Origin: an uncultured Verrucomicrobiae bacterium
GTDB lineage: Bacteria > Verrucomicrobiota > Verrucomicrobiia > Limisphaerales > JAFGQR01
Reading direction: 5' to 3'
Assembly (NCBI GenBank): GCA_963788655.1
Contig: CAWBHS010000049.1
Span: 224,001-288,000 of the forward strand
Length of the DNA: 64,000 nucleotides
Shown one piece after another: positions 40,303-50,454 of this stretch. Each line of letters begins with the position of its first letter. Position 1 is the first letter of the stretch. The notes beneath the pieces are model-generated. The model worked only from the letters and a program-made list of their open reading frames with translations. It made no database searches and had not been told where the DNA came from. The position numbers were made by a program, and so were the translations under genes.

Positions 40303-40457
40303 GCGGTTACTGGATGGTTCCTGAGCAGATGCCCTGACACTTGATGCTCCACTCCGCCCTGTTCGGTGGTTCTACGAACCACGGACCACCGCCGGTTGCC
40401 ACCTGCCAGCAGGATTTTCTGCTTTACCTCCACGCTGGCGGGCTTACTCTCCCAGCC

Positions 40458-41261
40458 ATGTCAGCCACGGTATCCAATTCGGGAAATGAATTGTTTCCCG
40501 CCACAGTTTCAGTAATTGCCCACCTTTCCACCCTCGCTGGGCGCTGTCCTACTAACGCAACTGCTGCTCGAGAGAAACGATTCCCCTTTTTCCGATTCGC
40601 CTGCCTTGCCCTCGGGCCGCTGGTTGTCCTGACGGGATGTGCCACGCATACCTACCAGCCGGCGACAGCCACGCCCACGCAAATCCGCAATTCCACCGTT
40701 GGTTACGCGGGCTACGAGTTAACGGTCCCGGAGGGCTTCACTGTTTTTAATCCGCTGACCGTGCCGCCCGATCCCAAGGCTTCTCCCTTCGTGGCGGGCG
40801 TGAAAATGGGCTACGTGGCCTTCTTGAAACGGGGCGGCCTGAATCAATTCAAAAAACTTCCCGGTCAAATGTTTGCGGAACGACACTTGATTACCAGTGA
40901 CACGGTGGCGGTGCAATTCACTGTCAGTACGTGGAATACCCCGATGGCTTTTAACCAACTCTCGAATAAACAAATGGAAGATCTCCTGGGCCACATCTCC
41001 ACCAGTGCCCAGCGCCGTAATAATCCGGCCAATGCGGGCGACAAGCATTTTATCCGTCTGGGCGACCGCCGCGGCATTAGCACCACCTACCATCAACAGT
41101 GGCGTTTGCCTACGGGTCAGACCGTGCCGATCGTGGGTGAGTTGCTGGTTGTGCCCGGACAATTGAACGAGGCGTTTGAAATCGAAGGCCTCGCCGAAAC
41201 CGATCACGAAGCCCAAATGCACCAGGCCTTGCGGCAAATGATCGCCAATCTCCACAATTAG
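40458..41261 (+). CDS. Hypothetical lipoprotein
   Basis: Lipobox VVLTGC. TACTCT lies 7 nt before ATG 40458; the true start is uncertain. Confidence 0.6.
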   Translation: MSATVSNSGNELFPATVSVIAHLSTLAGRCPTNATAAREKRFPFFRFACLALGPLVVLTGCATHTYQPATATPTQIRNSTVGYAGYELTVPEGFTVFNPLTVPPDPKASPFVAGVKMGYVAFLKRGGLNQFKKLPGQMFAERHLITSDTVAVQFTVSTWNTPMAFNQLSNKQMEDLLGHISTSAQRRNNPANAGDKHFIRLGDRRGISTTYHQQWRLPTGQTVPIVGELLVVPGQLNEAFEIEGLAETDHEAQMHQALRQMIANLHN

Positions 41262-41285
41262 CACGCCCGCTTAGAAAACCACTTC

Positions 41286-43412
41286 ATGAACCGACGCACG
41301 TGGCTAAAGACGCTTGCTCTATCTGGCGCGGCATACGCCTTGCCCAATCATCTGGCCGGGCAATCGAGTTCTCGCCGCCAACTCGCATCCGCCGGCGTGT
41401 TGCGCTATCTCGAAACGCATGCTCGTCCCGACGGTGGTTATGCCTGGGAGGACCAGCAACAGTCCCACCTGACGCCGACGTTTGCGGTCATCGGGTGTTA
41501 CCGCCGTTTGGGGCAATCGCCGCCCACACCCGCGCCATTGGCGGAGTTCGTGCGCACGCATCATCCGGCCCAACTCAAGAAACTGGAGCAGGAGCATCGC
41601 ATTTTCGACTTTCAACAAGTCCAGGCGTTGGTCTGGCTTGGCGCTGACGCTGCGGAGATCCGCCGCCGGATAAACGGCTATACCAAGCCATTGTCCTACA
41701 TGAAAGCATACGAGCGGCGCGGCTATCCGGTCTTCCAATCCGAAATGGCGGTCCTGCGCTGTCGGGAACTGCTCGGAATGAGCCGGGACGAGTCGCCCGC
41801 GGAATTCGTCAACTACTTGAACGACCGCCGGCGCGCCAACGGCAGCTTCAACAACACGCCCGCTGCCGACGGTGGGGATGGCCATGTGCTGAATACCTGG
41901 TGGGGATTGCAGGCGCTGAACAGCCTCGGACGCGCCCAGGAAAAGAAGGACGAACTGGTGGCATGGTTACGCGCCTGCCAATTGCCGAACGGCGGATTCA
42001 CGTATCAGCCCCAGCCTAAATTTGCTGGCGTGGATGATGTGGCCTACACATGGGCCGCCGTTCGCGCTTTGAAGTTGCTTGGCGCTGTACCGGACCATCG
42101 CGAGGCCTGCGTTGACTATCTGCATTCGCTCGCAAATGCGGACGGCGGGTTCAGCGACCGCCCTGGTTGGCTCAGCAATCCGTTGGCGACGTACTACGCC
42201 CTGGACGCTCTGGCGGCGTTGGGCGCGTTGGCCTCGTTGGCCGACATTCAACGTCGCCCGCCACGGCGCCCGCCAGCGGTGCCCGCCGATCTCAAAGTGT
42301 TCAGCCTTCAACTCGAGGCATTGGGGCAGGGGAGCCCGACCGAAGCGGTCGAGTTGGCCCGATCATTACGCATTCAACTTTGGGGCGCCAAGAATGCTCA
42401 ACCCGGTTGGATTTCCCGCGCCCAAGCGGTGGCTGACGAACAGCAGGTGCCGGTGAAATTTTTTGTGGCGAACGAAGAATATGGCACCTGGGTCAACGTG
42501 CCCGGCCTCGGCACATATAGTCACACCAGTGATCTGGCGGCGCCCGCCGGTCGCGATATCGGTGCCTCGCTGTCCGGCCAGGGCGACGTTTCATGGTCTG
42601 AATTTCGCCAAAGACGACTGAACCCCCTCGAGGCTGGCGATGGGCGGCTGATCTGGCAGTTTGGTGAAAACGAGGAACTGGTGCGCCTGTTTCTGGACGA
42701 CTCGGTGGCGCGCGGTGGTTTCGCGGCCATCAGCACCTTCCATTTCGGCAATCCGGATTTCACGAACACCGAGCCATTTCTTTACCGGTGGCGCGGGCAG
42801 ATTCCCTTCGTGGCCCTGCAGGATGCGCACGGCAGCGAACCGTGGTGGCTGGCCGATTTAACGACCGGCTTTCGCACCGTTTTCCTGGCCACGGAACCGA
42901 CGTGGGAAGGCTGGCTCAAGGCGCTCAAGCAAAACTGGGTGGGCGCCATTCGTCATGACGCCGTGAGCGGTTTCCAGACATGGATGCACAGCGGTTCCCG
43001 GGAAATGCTCAATTTTGTGCGCGCTCGTGAACGCAACTGGCGCTGGTGGGATAATCCGGACGTTCAACGTCCGTTGGTGTCGCTCGTCGCCCTCACGCCG
43101 GCCGACCAGTTCGAAGCCGAGCGGCCCGTGAAAGGCGTAACGCTGCGGGTGCGGTGCGCCTGGGAATGCACTCCGCAAGGCTTGCTCAAACAACCCCTCA
43201 CTGAGTTGGTCAGCTTGGCGGTCGATGGTCAATCGGTTTCGCCAGAACTCTGTACTCGCAAAGCGCCTCGGGGTATGCGGTTGGCCGATCATTATCACCG
43301 GTTTGCGATACCTGAGCCGGCTCCGGGAAAGCATTCGGTCACCGCGACCGTGCGCGAACTCGAGTCCAAGCGTCAATTCAGCCGAACCCTCGAGTTTGCC
43401 GCGCGAAATTGA
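41286..43412 (+). CDS. Tat-exported prenyltransferase/squalene-oxidase-repeat (alpha/alpha barrel) protein with C-terminal domain
   Basis: MNRRTWLK Tat motif; repeats RPDGGY, RANGSF, QLPNGGF, NADGGF followed by T[WY]xA[LV]xAL. Confidence 0.8.
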   Translation: MNRRTWLKTLALSGAAYALPNHLAGQSSSRRQLASAGVLRYLETHARPDGGYAWEDQQQSHLTPTFAVIGCYRRLGQSPPTPAPLAEFVRTHHPAQLKKLEQEHRIFDFQQVQALVWLGADAAEIRRRINGYTKPLSYMKAYERRGYPVFQSEMAVLRCRELLGMSRDESPAEFVNYLNDRRRANGSFNNTPAADGGDGHVLNTWWGLQALNSLGRAQEKKDELVAWLRACQLPNGGFTYQPQPKFAGVDDVAYTWAAVRALKLLGAVPDHREACVDYLHSLANADGGFSDRPGWLSNPLATYYALDALAALGALASLADIQRRPPRRPPAVPADLKVFSLQLEALGQGSPTEAVELARSLRIQLWGAKNAQPGWISRAQAVADEQQVPVKFFVANEEYGTWVNVPGLGTYSHTSDLAAPAGRDIGASLSGQGDVSWSEFRQRRLNPLEAGDGRLIWQFGENEELVRLFLDDSVARGGFAAISTFHFGNPDFTNTEPFLYRWRGQIPFVALQDAHGSEPWWLADLTTGFRTVFLATEPTWEGWLKALKQNWVGAIRHDAVSGFQTWMHSGSREMLNFVRARERNWRWWDNPDVQRPLVSLVALTPADQFEAERPVKGVTLRVRCAWECTPQGLLKQPLTELVSLAVDGQSVSPELCTRKAPRGMRLADHYHRFAIPEPAPGKHSVTATVRELESKRQFSRTLEFAARN

Positions 43413-43462
43413 CCGGAACCGCAAAGACTTGCGGCGCGGGCCGGGATTGATAGGGTGCAGCC

Positions 43463-44701
43463 ATGCGTGTCTCGATCCGGCAGGGTAACGGTTGGTTTCT
43501 GGTCGCCATGCTTGCGGCTGCTTGCGGCCACATCAGTCTGGGGGCCAATCCGCCCACCATGGTGTTATCGGTGGCGGACTCCAATACCACGGTGGCTGCG
43601 GGAGCGGCGGCCCAGTTCTGGCTAAATGCGTTGAATCCAGCGGCCGAGCCAACTGTCGGCCGGTTCCCAGCCACGCTTGAATGCCGGGTGGAGTCAGCGT
43701 CAGGCACGCAGCAATTGACGGCGGTTTTGCGCGACTCGTCACTACCAGTGAAAATGGAAATTGCGCCGGGCGCCTTTGCGCGGCGCGAATACGTGCTGCA
43801 GTTACCGACGGCGCTTGTGGGCGAGGTAATGGTCGAGACGGTCGAGCTTGGCCAGGGACGATTGGTGTTCCACGTTCAGCCCGCCCTGGCGGAAGCACCG
43901 CCAGCCCAGAAGGGAGTGGTGCCATTCTTGCAAGGGCGCCAACCGGGCGCCCCGGCGTCTTACAGTCCGGAGCAATTCTTCAAAGACCATATCTTCGGCT
44001 ACGAACCGTTATATTTCATTGCCGGGACCAAATCACCGAATGCGAAGTTCCAAATCAGTTTCAAATATCGCCTCGTCAACACCTACGGGGGATTGGCTCA
44101 ACGAGCGCCGTGGGTGGACGGATTTTTTCTGGCCTACTCGCAAACCTCGCTCTGGGATTGGAATGCACCTTCGGCGCCGTTTTTCGACAGCAGTTATCGT
44201 CCGGAGTTTTTCTATGCGTGGCCAAGCTTGGTGGGGGGCGGATCGAACGACTGGTTCCGGCTCGATCTGCAAGGCGGCGCGCAACATGAGTCCAATGGGC
44301 GGGCGGGAGCGGCGTCGCGGAGTCTGAACATTGTTTATCTGCGTCCGACGTTGGTTTTCGGTCGGGAGAATGAGTTTCAGTTGCAACTCAGCCCGAGAGT
44401 CTGGACGTATGTGGGCGGGCTGAGCGACAATCCGGACCTTGCCGACTATCGGGGATACGTGGACTTACGTGCCGCGCTGGGCTGGGCCCACGGCCTGCAG
44501 GCTTCAATGCTGGGCCGGATTGGAAAAACCGGGCGGCATCCGACGGGTGATTTTGCGCTGAGCTATCCACTGATGCATCCACCCCACGGCAGCTTGAGCG
44601 TTTACCTGATGGTGCAATACTTCACCGGCTACGGCGAAAGCCTGCTCGCGTACAATCAGCGTTCGAGCATCCTCCGCGCCGGGTTCGCGTTGTATCGGTG
44701 A
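43463..44701 (+). CDS. pldA: Outer-membrane phospholipase A with N-terminal extension
   Basis: AKFQISFKY, AYSQTSLW, SAPFFDSSYRPE, QHESNG...SRSLN, QYFTGYGESLLAYN; terminal FALYR. Confidence 0.85.
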   Translation: MRVSIRQGNGWFLVAMLAAACGHISLGANPPTMVLSVADSNTTVAAGAAAQFWLNALNPAAEPTVGRFPATLECRVESASGTQQLTAVLRDSSLPVKMEIAPGAFARREYVLQLPTALVGEVMVETVELGQGRLVFHVQPALAEAPPAQKGVVPFLQGRQPGAPASYSPEQFFKDHIFGYEPLYFIAGTKSPNAKFQISFKYRLVNTYGGLAQRAPWVDGFFLAYSQTSLWDWNAPSAPFFDSSYRPEFFYAWPSLVGGGSNDWFRLDLQGGAQHESNGRAGAASRSLNIVYLRPTLVFGRENEFQLQLSPRVWTYVGGLSDNPDLADYRGYVDLRAALGWAHGLQASMLGRIGKTGRHPTGDFALSYPLMHPPHGSLSVYLMVQYFTGYGESLLAYNQRSSILRAGFALYR

Positions 44702-44761
44702 CGGACAGTCGGGGTTGCTCGACGTTGCGAAATCAAACCGCGGCCCAGAGACCGCCGCGCG

Positions 44762-46024
44762 TCACTGCTTCTTGAGGCACAGCACCGCGTCGCCATCGAA
44801 GGGCGCTTTGAAGCGCCGCCGCGCGCCGCCTTGAATTGTTCCGGTCGCCGTAGCGTCGCCTTCTATCGGAGGCCACCATTCGACGGTGTAGGTTCCCGCC
44901 GCCGCGCCAAGGTCCATGCTCACCTCGCCGCCACCGGGCACGAATGCCACGTACGCAGTCCCCGGCTTGGCCAGGCAATACTTCGTCGAAGCCAGTTCGT
45001 TGTGAGGAATCAGTGCGGCCAGTTCAATGTGTTCGGCCAGGCGTCGAGATTGTCCGAGAGCACGTCGCAAGCTTTCCCAGCGCGGCTCGATTTGGGGCGG
45101 ACCGGCCAGGTGATCGGTCCAGGTTTCGCGCTTCTTGTCCTTGGCATCGCTGGTCTGATCGCGAGTGTAGGGATCCATAAACAGTGGATTCAATCCGCGG
45201 CAAAAACTTTTCCAGACCCACTGCGGATTACCGCCAATACCCCACAAATGATCCGTGTCACTGAGCAGCACCTTGCGGCCATCCGCGGCGGGCGGATTGT
45301 CGCGGTAACCCCCGTCGGGATTGGGCGAAATCCAATCCGCCGGACTTTTGAACAAGGTCGCATTGCTGCCGCGTTGTTTTTGATCGCGCGCAAATTGGAA
45401 CGTCATGCCCACCGGATGTTGCTTCGGCTTGCCGCGTTCGTAATCATGGATGAACCGGATCAGGTGATACTGCCAGTCGGTCGAGTAGGCGCCGGATTCA
45501 TTCACGATTTCATAAAGGACATTGTCGAGGTCGTTCAACGTGTCGATCACCTTCCGCACATAAGCTTCCTGCACGGCCGTGACGGCGGAGATTTGTAGCA
45601 TCTGCGTCTCGAGGCCGCGCCCATCACCATTCGGATCGCCGTTGATGCCATTGATATTATTGGCGGCATTGAAGGGATGACCCTTCCAACACCACGGCGT
45701 ATCCGAGGCCTGCAGACCGCGACCTTCAAACAACATTACTGAGACGTAAATGCCGCGTTGCCCGGCGGCTTTCATGTGGGCGCGCAGTCGCGTGAAGTAA
45801 GCCGGGTCCAGTTTCTGCACATTGAATTTCGGTTTGCCATCGAGCGCATTGCCCGGCCCGGTCCGTGGCCAGGGGAACGGTTGGGCGTAAGTCAGTTTCC
45901 CTTTGAAGCTGTATTTGGTGAGGTCCCACGTCCACATCCGGATAAAGTTGTGGTGGTGCTGATCGAGGAAATCCAAATACGGCTTTGTTTGTTTGAAAGC
46001 CGGGGCCATTACAATCTCCACCAT
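44762..46024 (-). CDS. Glycoside-hydrolase-like TIM barrel with C-terminal putative collagen-binding domain; no signal peptide, possibly 5'-truncated
   Basis: NFIRMWTW, GIYVSVMLF, NVLYEIVNE, DTDHLWG, YCLAKPG...YTVEWW...APFDGDAVL. Confidence 0.65.
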   Translation of the reverse strand: MVEIVMAPAFKQTKPYLDFLDQHHHNFIRMWTWDLTKYSFKGKLTYAQPFPWPRTGPGNALDGKPKFNVQKLDPAYFTRLRAHMKAAGQRGIYVSVMLFEGRGLQASDTPWCWKGHPFNAANNINGINGDPNGDGRGLETQMLQISAVTAVQEAYVRKVIDTLNDLDNVLYEIVNESGAYSTDWQYHLIRFIHDYERGKPKQHPVGMTFQFARDQKQRGSNATLFKSPADWISPNPDGGYRDNPPAADGRKVLLSDTDHLWGIGGNPQWVWKSFCRGLNPLFMDPYTRDQTSDAKDKKRETWTDHLAGPPQIEPRWESLRRALGQSRRLAEHIELAALIPHNELASTKYCLAKPGTAYVAFVPGGGEVSMDLGAAAGTYTVEWWPPIEGDATATGTIQGGARRRFKAPFDGDAVLCLKKQ

Positions 46025-46069
46025 TGAAGTTTGCCCGGAAATGGTGTCTAACCTTGCTCAAGAATAGTT

Positions 46070-49000
46070 ATGAGAACTTCCCGTTTTTCCTTGCTCCGGT
46101 TGGCCGTCGCCTCGCTGTGTGCGCTGCTGGTTGGTGCGACTGGCGTTCGAGCCACGGTGCGATTTGTCGATTTGAACAACCCCCATCCAATGCCGCCCTA
46201 CACCAACTGGGCCACGGCCGCCTTGACCATCCAGGACGCGATCGACGCTGCCGTGGACGGCGACGAGGTCCTGGTGGCTGACGGCGTGTATGCGACGGGC
46301 GGGCGGATCGCCAACGGCACGTTAACCAACCGCGTGTCCGTGGACAAACCGGTGACGGTGCGCAGTATCAACGGCCCGGCATATACCATCATCCGAGGCT
46401 GGCAAGTGCCGGACACAACCAATGGCGACCGCGCGATTCGCTGCGTCTATTTGACCAACCGCGCGACGCTGTGCGGCTTCACCTTGACCGGAGGAGCCAC
46501 CCGAAATGCGGGTGAGGATTTCGGCGACTTAAGCGGCGGTGGACTGGCTTGCGCCTCCACCAATTCGTGGGCTTCCAATTGTCTAATCATTGGCAACTCC
46601 GGACTCCTTGGTGGTGGGGCCCATTCCGGCACGCTGGACCACTGCACCTTCACCCGTAACACGGCTTATCTCGGCGGTGGTGCCTGCGAAAGTGTGTTGA
46701 ACAGTTGCGTCCTAACCGGCAACTCCGCGGGCAGTGGCAGCGGTGGCGGCGCGGCGATTGCCACGCTCAACCATTGTACGCTCACCGGTAATACCGCCAC
46801 CACCGGCGGCGGCACGTATGGCGGCACGTTGAGAAATTCCATCGTGTATTTCAATACGGCGGCTGACGGACCGAATTACCTGGGCGGCTCCCTGGATTAC
46901 TGCTGCACGATCCCCAAGCCATCTGCCGGAATGGGTAACCTGACTGATGATCCGCAATTGGCGAGTGCCACCCATTTGAGTGCCGATTCGCCTTGTCGGC
47001 GCGCGGGTGACGCCGCCAGCGGCGCCGGCACCGACATTGACGGTGAGCCTTGGACTGAGCCGCCGGCCATCGGCGGTGATGAATACCGGGAAGGCGAGGT
47101 GACCGGCGCGTTGCTGGTGGGACTTCAGACCGCCCGCACCAATGCGGCGACGGGTTGGTCGGTTGACTTCCTGGCCCAGATCGAAGGCCGGACCACCGCA
47201 AGCGCCTGGGATTTTGGCGATGGCACCACGGTGAGCAACCAGCCTTGCACCCGCCATGCATGGACGTCGCCGGGCGATTATCCGGTCGTTCTGCGCGCCT
47301 ATAACGAAAGCCACCTGGATGGGATCAGCGCGACGGTGACGGTCCACGTCGTGACGTATTACGTCGCGGCAGGTAACACCAAGGCGACTCCTCCCTATAC
47401 TTCATGGGCGACCGCTGCGGCAGACATTCAAGCGGCGGTCGATGCGGTTTCCGTGCCGGGAGCGACGATCTGGGTCAGCAACGGAGTCTATGCCACCGGC
47501 GGACGCGCGGTTTACGGAACGATGACCAATCGCGTGAGGGTGGACAAACCGGTGGCCGTGCGTAGCGTCAACGGCCCGGAAGTGACGGTCATCGAAGGCA
47601 GCAAGCCAACCCCCGCCGACGGAGCAGTCCGCTGCGTCTATTTGACCAACGGCGCGGCGCTCCACGGGTTCACTTTGACCAATGGTGGAACGGTCAATGG
47701 CGCAACCGCAATGGAGGGTAACGCTGGAGGCGTCTGGTGCGAATCCCGGGACGCATGGATGTCCAATTGCGTGATTACCGGTAACTCGGCTTTGCAGGAC
47801 GGCGGTGGTGTTTACCGCGGCACGCTATCTGATTGCACGTTGACCGGCAACACCGCCTCTCGTTATGGCGGGGGTGCTTCTGAAGCCACGATGATTGATT
47901 GCACACTCATGGGCAATTCGGCCAGCAGTGGCGGTGGCGTGTTTGACAGCATCTTGAACCACTGCTCGTTGACCAACAACTCCGCCGCCCAGGGAGGCGC
48001 GGTGTACGCCGGCACGCTGACCCACTGTACGTTGGTGAACAATTCGGCTGACTTGAACGGCGGCGGCGCGCACGCTGCCATGCTAACGCTTTGCACCTTG
48101 ACCCACAATTCGGCCGAGTCGGGCGGTGGAGCGTACAATTGCGAGTTGAACCATTGCACCCTCACGGACAACGCGGCGCAAACCGGCGGCGGAGCGTTTG
48201 GGAATACGCTAAATAACTGCACCGTGACGGATAATGTCGCTGGCCAGGGAGGCGGGACGTATGGCGCCGATCTGAGTAACTGTGCGGTGTCCCGCAACTC
48301 GGCTGCTGAAGGCGGCGGAATCTATGGCGGCACGCTGGCCAACTGCACGCTCACGGGTAACGCGGCCATTCAAGGCGGCGGGGCGTTTCAAGGCACACTG
48401 TATAACTGTATCGTTTATTTCAATCATGCCGTTACCGGAACGAATTACCTTGGTAGCACCTTGGACTACTGTTGCACGGTCCCGCCATCCCCAGGCGTTG
48501 GTAACATCGTTGCGAATCCGCAATTGGCCAGCGCCTGGCATTTGAGCGCCGAGTCTCCTTGTCGCGAGGCCGGCAGCGTCTTGTTCTCGCTGGGTACGGA
48601 TATAGACGGCGAATTGTGGACTACGCCGCCCGCCATCGGCTGCGACGAATTTCACGTCGGAGCGGTGACGGGTGCGTTGACTGTGAACCTTGCGTTGACC
48701 GTGACCAATCAGGCCGCTGGCTGGCCGGTGGATTTCACCGCCTTGATCGACGGGCAGACGACGGCGAGCGTTTGGGATTTTGACGATGGCGTCGCCGTGA
48801 GTAACCAACCTTACGCCAGCCATACTTGGACGGTTCCAGGAAATTATTCGGTGGTTCTGCGGGCGTTTAACGAGAGTTGGCCCGGTGGCTTGAGCGCTAC
48901 GGTTTCTGTCCACGTCGCGGCCGTGCATTACGTGGCCATCCAGAGCACCAATTCAATGTTGCCGTACGCTACCTGGGCCACCGCCGCCACGAACATTCAA

Positions 49001-50368
49001 TCCGCGGTGGACGCTGTCGCAGTGCCGGGGGCGTTGGTCCTGGTGAACGACGGAGTGTATGCCACTGGCGGCCGGGCTGTCTCTGGGAGCATGACCAACC
49101 GGGTGGTGGTGGATAAACAAATCACCGTGCGAAGCGTAAACGGCCCTGCGTTCACGACGATAGCCGGCCCACCGAGCAAGAACTGCGGTGCCCTTCGCTG
49201 CGTCTATTTGACCAACGGCGCGATGCTGTCCGGTTTTACTCTGACCGGCGGAAACACGTTGAACCAGGGCAATAACTACCTGGAGCAAAGTGGTGGTGGC
49301 TTGTGGTGCGAATCAACCGCGGCGGTGGTTTCGAATTGCGTCATCGCGGGCAACGCGGCGGCATTCGTTGGCGGCGGGGTCCATGGCGGCACCTTGAGTC
49401 ACTGTACGCTGGAGGCCAACTCGTCGGCCTATCATGGCGGCGGTGCCTTCGAGAGTGCGTTGAACCATTGCACGCTGCGCGGCAATTCTTCCGCCAACGG
49501 GGGCGGTGCCGCGGGGAGTACGTTGAATCAATGCATGCTGGTCAGCAATGCCGCATCGTCGGGTGGCGGCGCCTATCAATCCGGTCTCATTAATTGTCTC
49601 TTGACCAGCAATTCCGCCGATTGGGGTGGCGCGGTGTTTGCCAGCGTTCTGAACAATTGCACGTTGGTGGACAACCAAGCCCGGTCGAGCGGTGGCGGGG
49701 CGTATTGGGGCGCCCTGACCAACTGCATTGTGTATTTCAACGTCGCCCCCGAAGCGGCGAATTGTTTTGCCAGCGCTCGGAGTTACTGTTGCACGACGCC
49801 GCAGCCTTCTGACGGAGTGAGCAATCTGGCATTCGATCCGCGGTTCGTGGACCCGGCAAATGGAAATTGGCGACTGCAATCGAACTCGCCTTGCCTCAAC
49901 GTCGGTTACAACCCCGCCGCTCCGGATCAGCCGGATTTGGATGGCCGTCCGCGCCTTGTCGGCGGCACGGTGGACTTGGGCGCTTATGAGTTGCAAGAAG
50001 CTGTCCCGGGCGAGTTCCTGGGCTGGCTCGAACAATATCATTTGCCGACGGACGGGTCCGCGGACTTCGCCGATTTCGACGGTGATCGTTTGAACAACTG
50101 GCAGGAGTGGCGTTGCGGCACGGACCCGACCAGCGCCGATTCGGGCTTACGGCTGTTCCTCCCGGAACCCGTCGGCGCCGATGTGGCTTTGCGTTGGGAA
50201 AGTGTGTCGAACCGTTGTTATTTCGTGGAACGAGGAACGGACCTCAGCTCAGCGGCGCGATTTCTAACAATAGCCACCAATCTTGCCGGACTGGCCGGCA
50301 CGACAATGTTCACGGACACCAACGCTGCCGGCGCTCGAATGTACTTCTATCGGGTGGGAGTGGAGTAA
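46070..50368 (+). CDS. Secreted multimodular protein: three beta-helix modules, two PKD domains, choice-of-anchor-Q-like and C-terminal beta domain
   Basis: Three copies of PYxxWATAAxxIQxAxDA...RCVYLTN; many CTLxxNxA-GGG coils; WDFxDG...H.WT.PG.Y.V.L; DLDGRPRLVGGTVDLGAYE. Confidence 0.85.
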   Translation: MRTSRFSLLRLAVASLCALLVGATGVRATVRFVDLNNPHPMPPYTNWATAALTIQDAIDAAVDGDEVLVADGVYATGGRIANGTLTNRVSVDKPVTVRSINGPAYTIIRGWQVPDTTNGDRAIRCVYLTNRATLCGFTLTGGATRNAGEDFGDLSGGGLACASTNSWASNCLIIGNSGLLGGGAHSGTLDHCTFTRNTAYLGGGACESVLNSCVLTGNSAGSGSGGGAAIATLNHCTLTGNTATTGGGTYGGTLRNSIVYFNTAADGPNYLGGSLDYCCTIPKPSAGMGNLTDDPQLASATHLSADSPCRRAGDAASGAGTDIDGEPWTEPPAIGGDEYREGEVTGALLVGLQTARTNAATGWSVDFLAQIEGRTTASAWDFGDGTTVSNQPCTRHAWTSPGDYPVVLRAYNESHLDGISATVTVHVVTYYVAAGNTKATPPYTSWATAAADIQAAVDAVSVPGATIWVSNGVYATGGRAVYGTMTNRVRVDKPVAVRSVNGPEVTVIEGSKPTPADGAVRCVYLTNGAALHGFTLTNGGTVNGATAMEGNAGGVWCESRDAWMSNCVITGNSALQDGGGVYRGTLSDCTLTGNTASRYGGGASEATMIDCTLMGNSASSGGGVFDSILNHCSLTNNSAAQGGAVYAGTLTHCTLVNNSADLNGGGAHAAMLTLCTLTHNSAESGGGAYNCELNHCTLTDNAAQTGGGAFGNTLNNCTVTDNVAGQGGGTYGADLSNCAVSRNSAAEGGGIYGGTLANCTLTGNAAIQGGGAFQGTLYNCIVYFNHAVTGTNYLGSTLDYCCTVPPSPGVGNIVANPQLASAWHLSAESPCREAGSVLFSLGTDIDGELWTTPPAIGCDEFHVGAVTGALTVNLALTVTNQAAGWPVDFTALIDGQTTASVWDFDDGVAVSNQPYASHTWTVPGNYSVVLRAFNESWPGGLSATVSVHVAAVHYVAIQSTNSMLPYATWATAATNIQSAVDAVAVPGALVLVNDGVYATGGRAVSGSMTNRVVVDKQITVRSVNGPAFTTIAGPPSKNCGALRCVYLTNGAMLSGFTLTGGNTLNQGNNYLEQSGGGLWCESTAAVVSNCVIAGNAAAFVGGGVHGGTLSHCTLEANSSAYHGGGAFESALNHCTLRGNSSANGGGAAGSTLNQCMLVSNAASSGGGAYQSGLINCLLTSNSADWGGAVFASVLNNCTLVDNQARSSGGGAYWGALTNCIVYFNVAPEAANCFASARSYCCTTPQPSDGVSNLAFDPRFVDPANGNWRLQSNSPCLNVGYNPAAPDQPDLDGRPRLVGGTVDLGAYELQEAVPGEFLGWLEQYHLPTDGSADFADFDGDRLNNWQEWRCGTDPTSADSGLRLFLPEPVGADVALRWESVSNRCYFVERGTDLSSAARFLTIATNLAGLAGTTMFTDTNAAGARMYFYRVGVE

Positions 50369-50454
50369 GGCCGCCGCTACCTATCCACACTCCACCCAGG
50401 TGAACCCTGTCTTTGAATCTGTACGCGGCTGCGTTGGTTTTGTTCAAATTGGGT

